Shown here: positions 62,468 to 64,000 of the stretch, piece by piece
How the letters are laid out: every line of letters starts with the position of its first letter
Numbering within the stretch: the first letter of the stretch is position 1
From: Sphyrna mokarran
Taxonomy: Eukaryota
Assembly: GCA_024679065.1 (NCBI GenBank)
Contig: JAGIQG010000009.1
Location: 95,790,001 to 95,854,000 of the forward strand
DNA: 64,000 bases
Direction: 5' to 3'
Translations under genes and position numbers: made by a program
The notes under the pieces: generated by a model
Database searches by the model: none
Seen by the model: the letters and a program-made list of their open reading frames with translations, nothing else
What the model was told of the DNA's origin: nothing

Positions 62468-64000
62468 CTCTTCTTCTTCGGCCGTCCATCGATTTCAATG
62501 TTGACTGTGTTGGAAGTTTAGATTCTGCAGGCACGTTGGTGTGTTATAAGGCCTGCATTAGATCGGCATTGTCTCCCACTTCGGTGGCAACTGTGATTTG
62601 TCTGATTTGTAACAAAATGTCTGTGTTCATGGTCTGCTTCATATTTTTCCTGCCTTTTTTTCCTCAATGAGTGGGATTGTCTTCTTGACAATGCATTGCC
62701 AACTTCTTCTGTCCAAAGCATCCTTCTCCCAGGTGTTGACGTCCACGTTAGTGTTCTTCATATGGCGCTTGAGCACATCTTTGTAACGCAGCTTCTGTCC
62801 ACCATGTTTTCTATTTCCTTCATGTAGCTCGCCATAGAAGACGGCTTTGGGCAAACGATCGTCGCTCATTCTTATGACATGGCCAGTCTACCGCAACTGA
62901 GAGGCTGTGACGAGCGATTCTGCGCTGACCGTTCCAGCTCGTTTGAATACCTCCACATCAGGAACCATCTCTTGCCAATTGATGTTTAATATTTGTTGCA
63001 AGTGTCTGAGTTGTATCTTGGTTAGTTTCTTGATATGCTTCCAGTACAATGTCATCGTTTCTGTTGAATAAAGTAGAGATGGTAGAACGGCTGTATTATA
63101 CACTTTGACCTTGGTTGACATTTTAATGTCATGGCGGGACCAGAGTCGCTTCTGCAAGACACCAAAAGCTTTTGTTGCTGATTGAATCCTCCTTTCTATT
63201 TCCAGGTCCGATAAGTTGGTGCTGGTTACAGCGCTTCCTAAGTAAGTGAAGGACTCAGTGTTTTTCAGCGCTAGCCCACTTATCTTTATGACTGGTGATT
63301 GGGTTTCATTACACAGAGGCGGAGGTTGGTACAGGAGTTCGGTTTTGGAGGCATTGATTCTTAGGCCAAAAAGAATGGCAGCAGATGAGAAGTTGTCTAC
63401 AATTTCTTGAATCACATTTGGATCAGTGGCAACGAGGGCTAAATCATCTGCATACAGAAGTTCTCTGACACATATCTTTCTCATCTTGGTTGAGGCTTTG
63501 AGTCTTGAGAGGTTGAACAATTTTCCATCTGAGCAAGTCCTAATGTACACACCTTTGTCCAGATTTTGGCCCCTTGTTTCCAATACTGCAGCAAGATATA
63601 GCGTGAACAAAGTTGGAGCAAGTACGCATCCCTGCTTTACCCCGTGGTTGATGCTGAAGGCTTCGCTGATATCTCCTTCAATAGTTACTTTGCCATACAT
63701 ATTCTCATGAAATAGTTTGATCATCTTGAGCAGTCTATCTGGACATCCATAAATTTTGAGCACTCTCCAGAGGGTTTCTCTATCCACCGTATCGAATGCT
63801 TGTGAAAAATCGACAAAGGCAATGTACAATGGTTGTTGCTGTTCTGCTGCCTTCTCCTGGAGTTGCCTCAAGGTAAAAATCATATCTGTAGTTGCTCTTC
63901 CAATCCTAAAGCCACATTGGCTCTCAGGGAGAACATTTTCTGAAATAATTTTGAGTCGATTGAGCAGGATCTTCGCCATAATCTTGCCAGCTACGGAAAG
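62468..64000 (-). mobile_element. RTE-clade LINE, RT region plus 3' end; runs off the window
   Basis: ORF 62888-63979 contains LPESQCGFR, FVDFSQAFDTV, GVKQGCVLAP.LF, LYADD and FTYLGS; a stop replaces W in QLR*TGHV; (GAA)n tail at about 62470. Confidence 0.93.

Overview
Vertebrate genomic DNA, almost certainly from a shark: it carries HE1-type V-SINEs, CR1/HER1-type LINEs with (TTCTATG)n tails and shark-type Penelope repeats. The window is a cluster of MHC class I heavy-chain genes with non-classical features, interleaved with two large arrays of a 39-bp satellite (1-8166 and about 31143-45348). Gene A (17993-22624, +) is a complete 7-exon gene encoding 348 aa. Gene B (51238-59409, +) is intact through the TM exon but has 1-nt deletions in both cytoplasmic exons. 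A 5' fragment C (8267-8568, -) lies on a small contig between two 100-N gaps, and a 3' fragment D (12841-14256, +) lacks exons 6-7. C and D are probably the two ends of one gene split by a mis-oriented contig. An orphan class I leader exon is fused to the end of the second satellite array. Other notable structures: class I X1-X2-Y promoter modules, intronic CCAAT clusters, a Penelope insertion with inverted arms, a target-site duplication and hammerhead-like motifs near the gene B promoter, a 123-bp inverted repeat bracketing the gene B TM exon, a templated inverted duplication, and a young RTE LINE at the right edge. The many long ORFs in the satellite are artefacts of a 39-bp (13-codon) monomer. 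All coordinates and identities were read by eye; no database searches were run.
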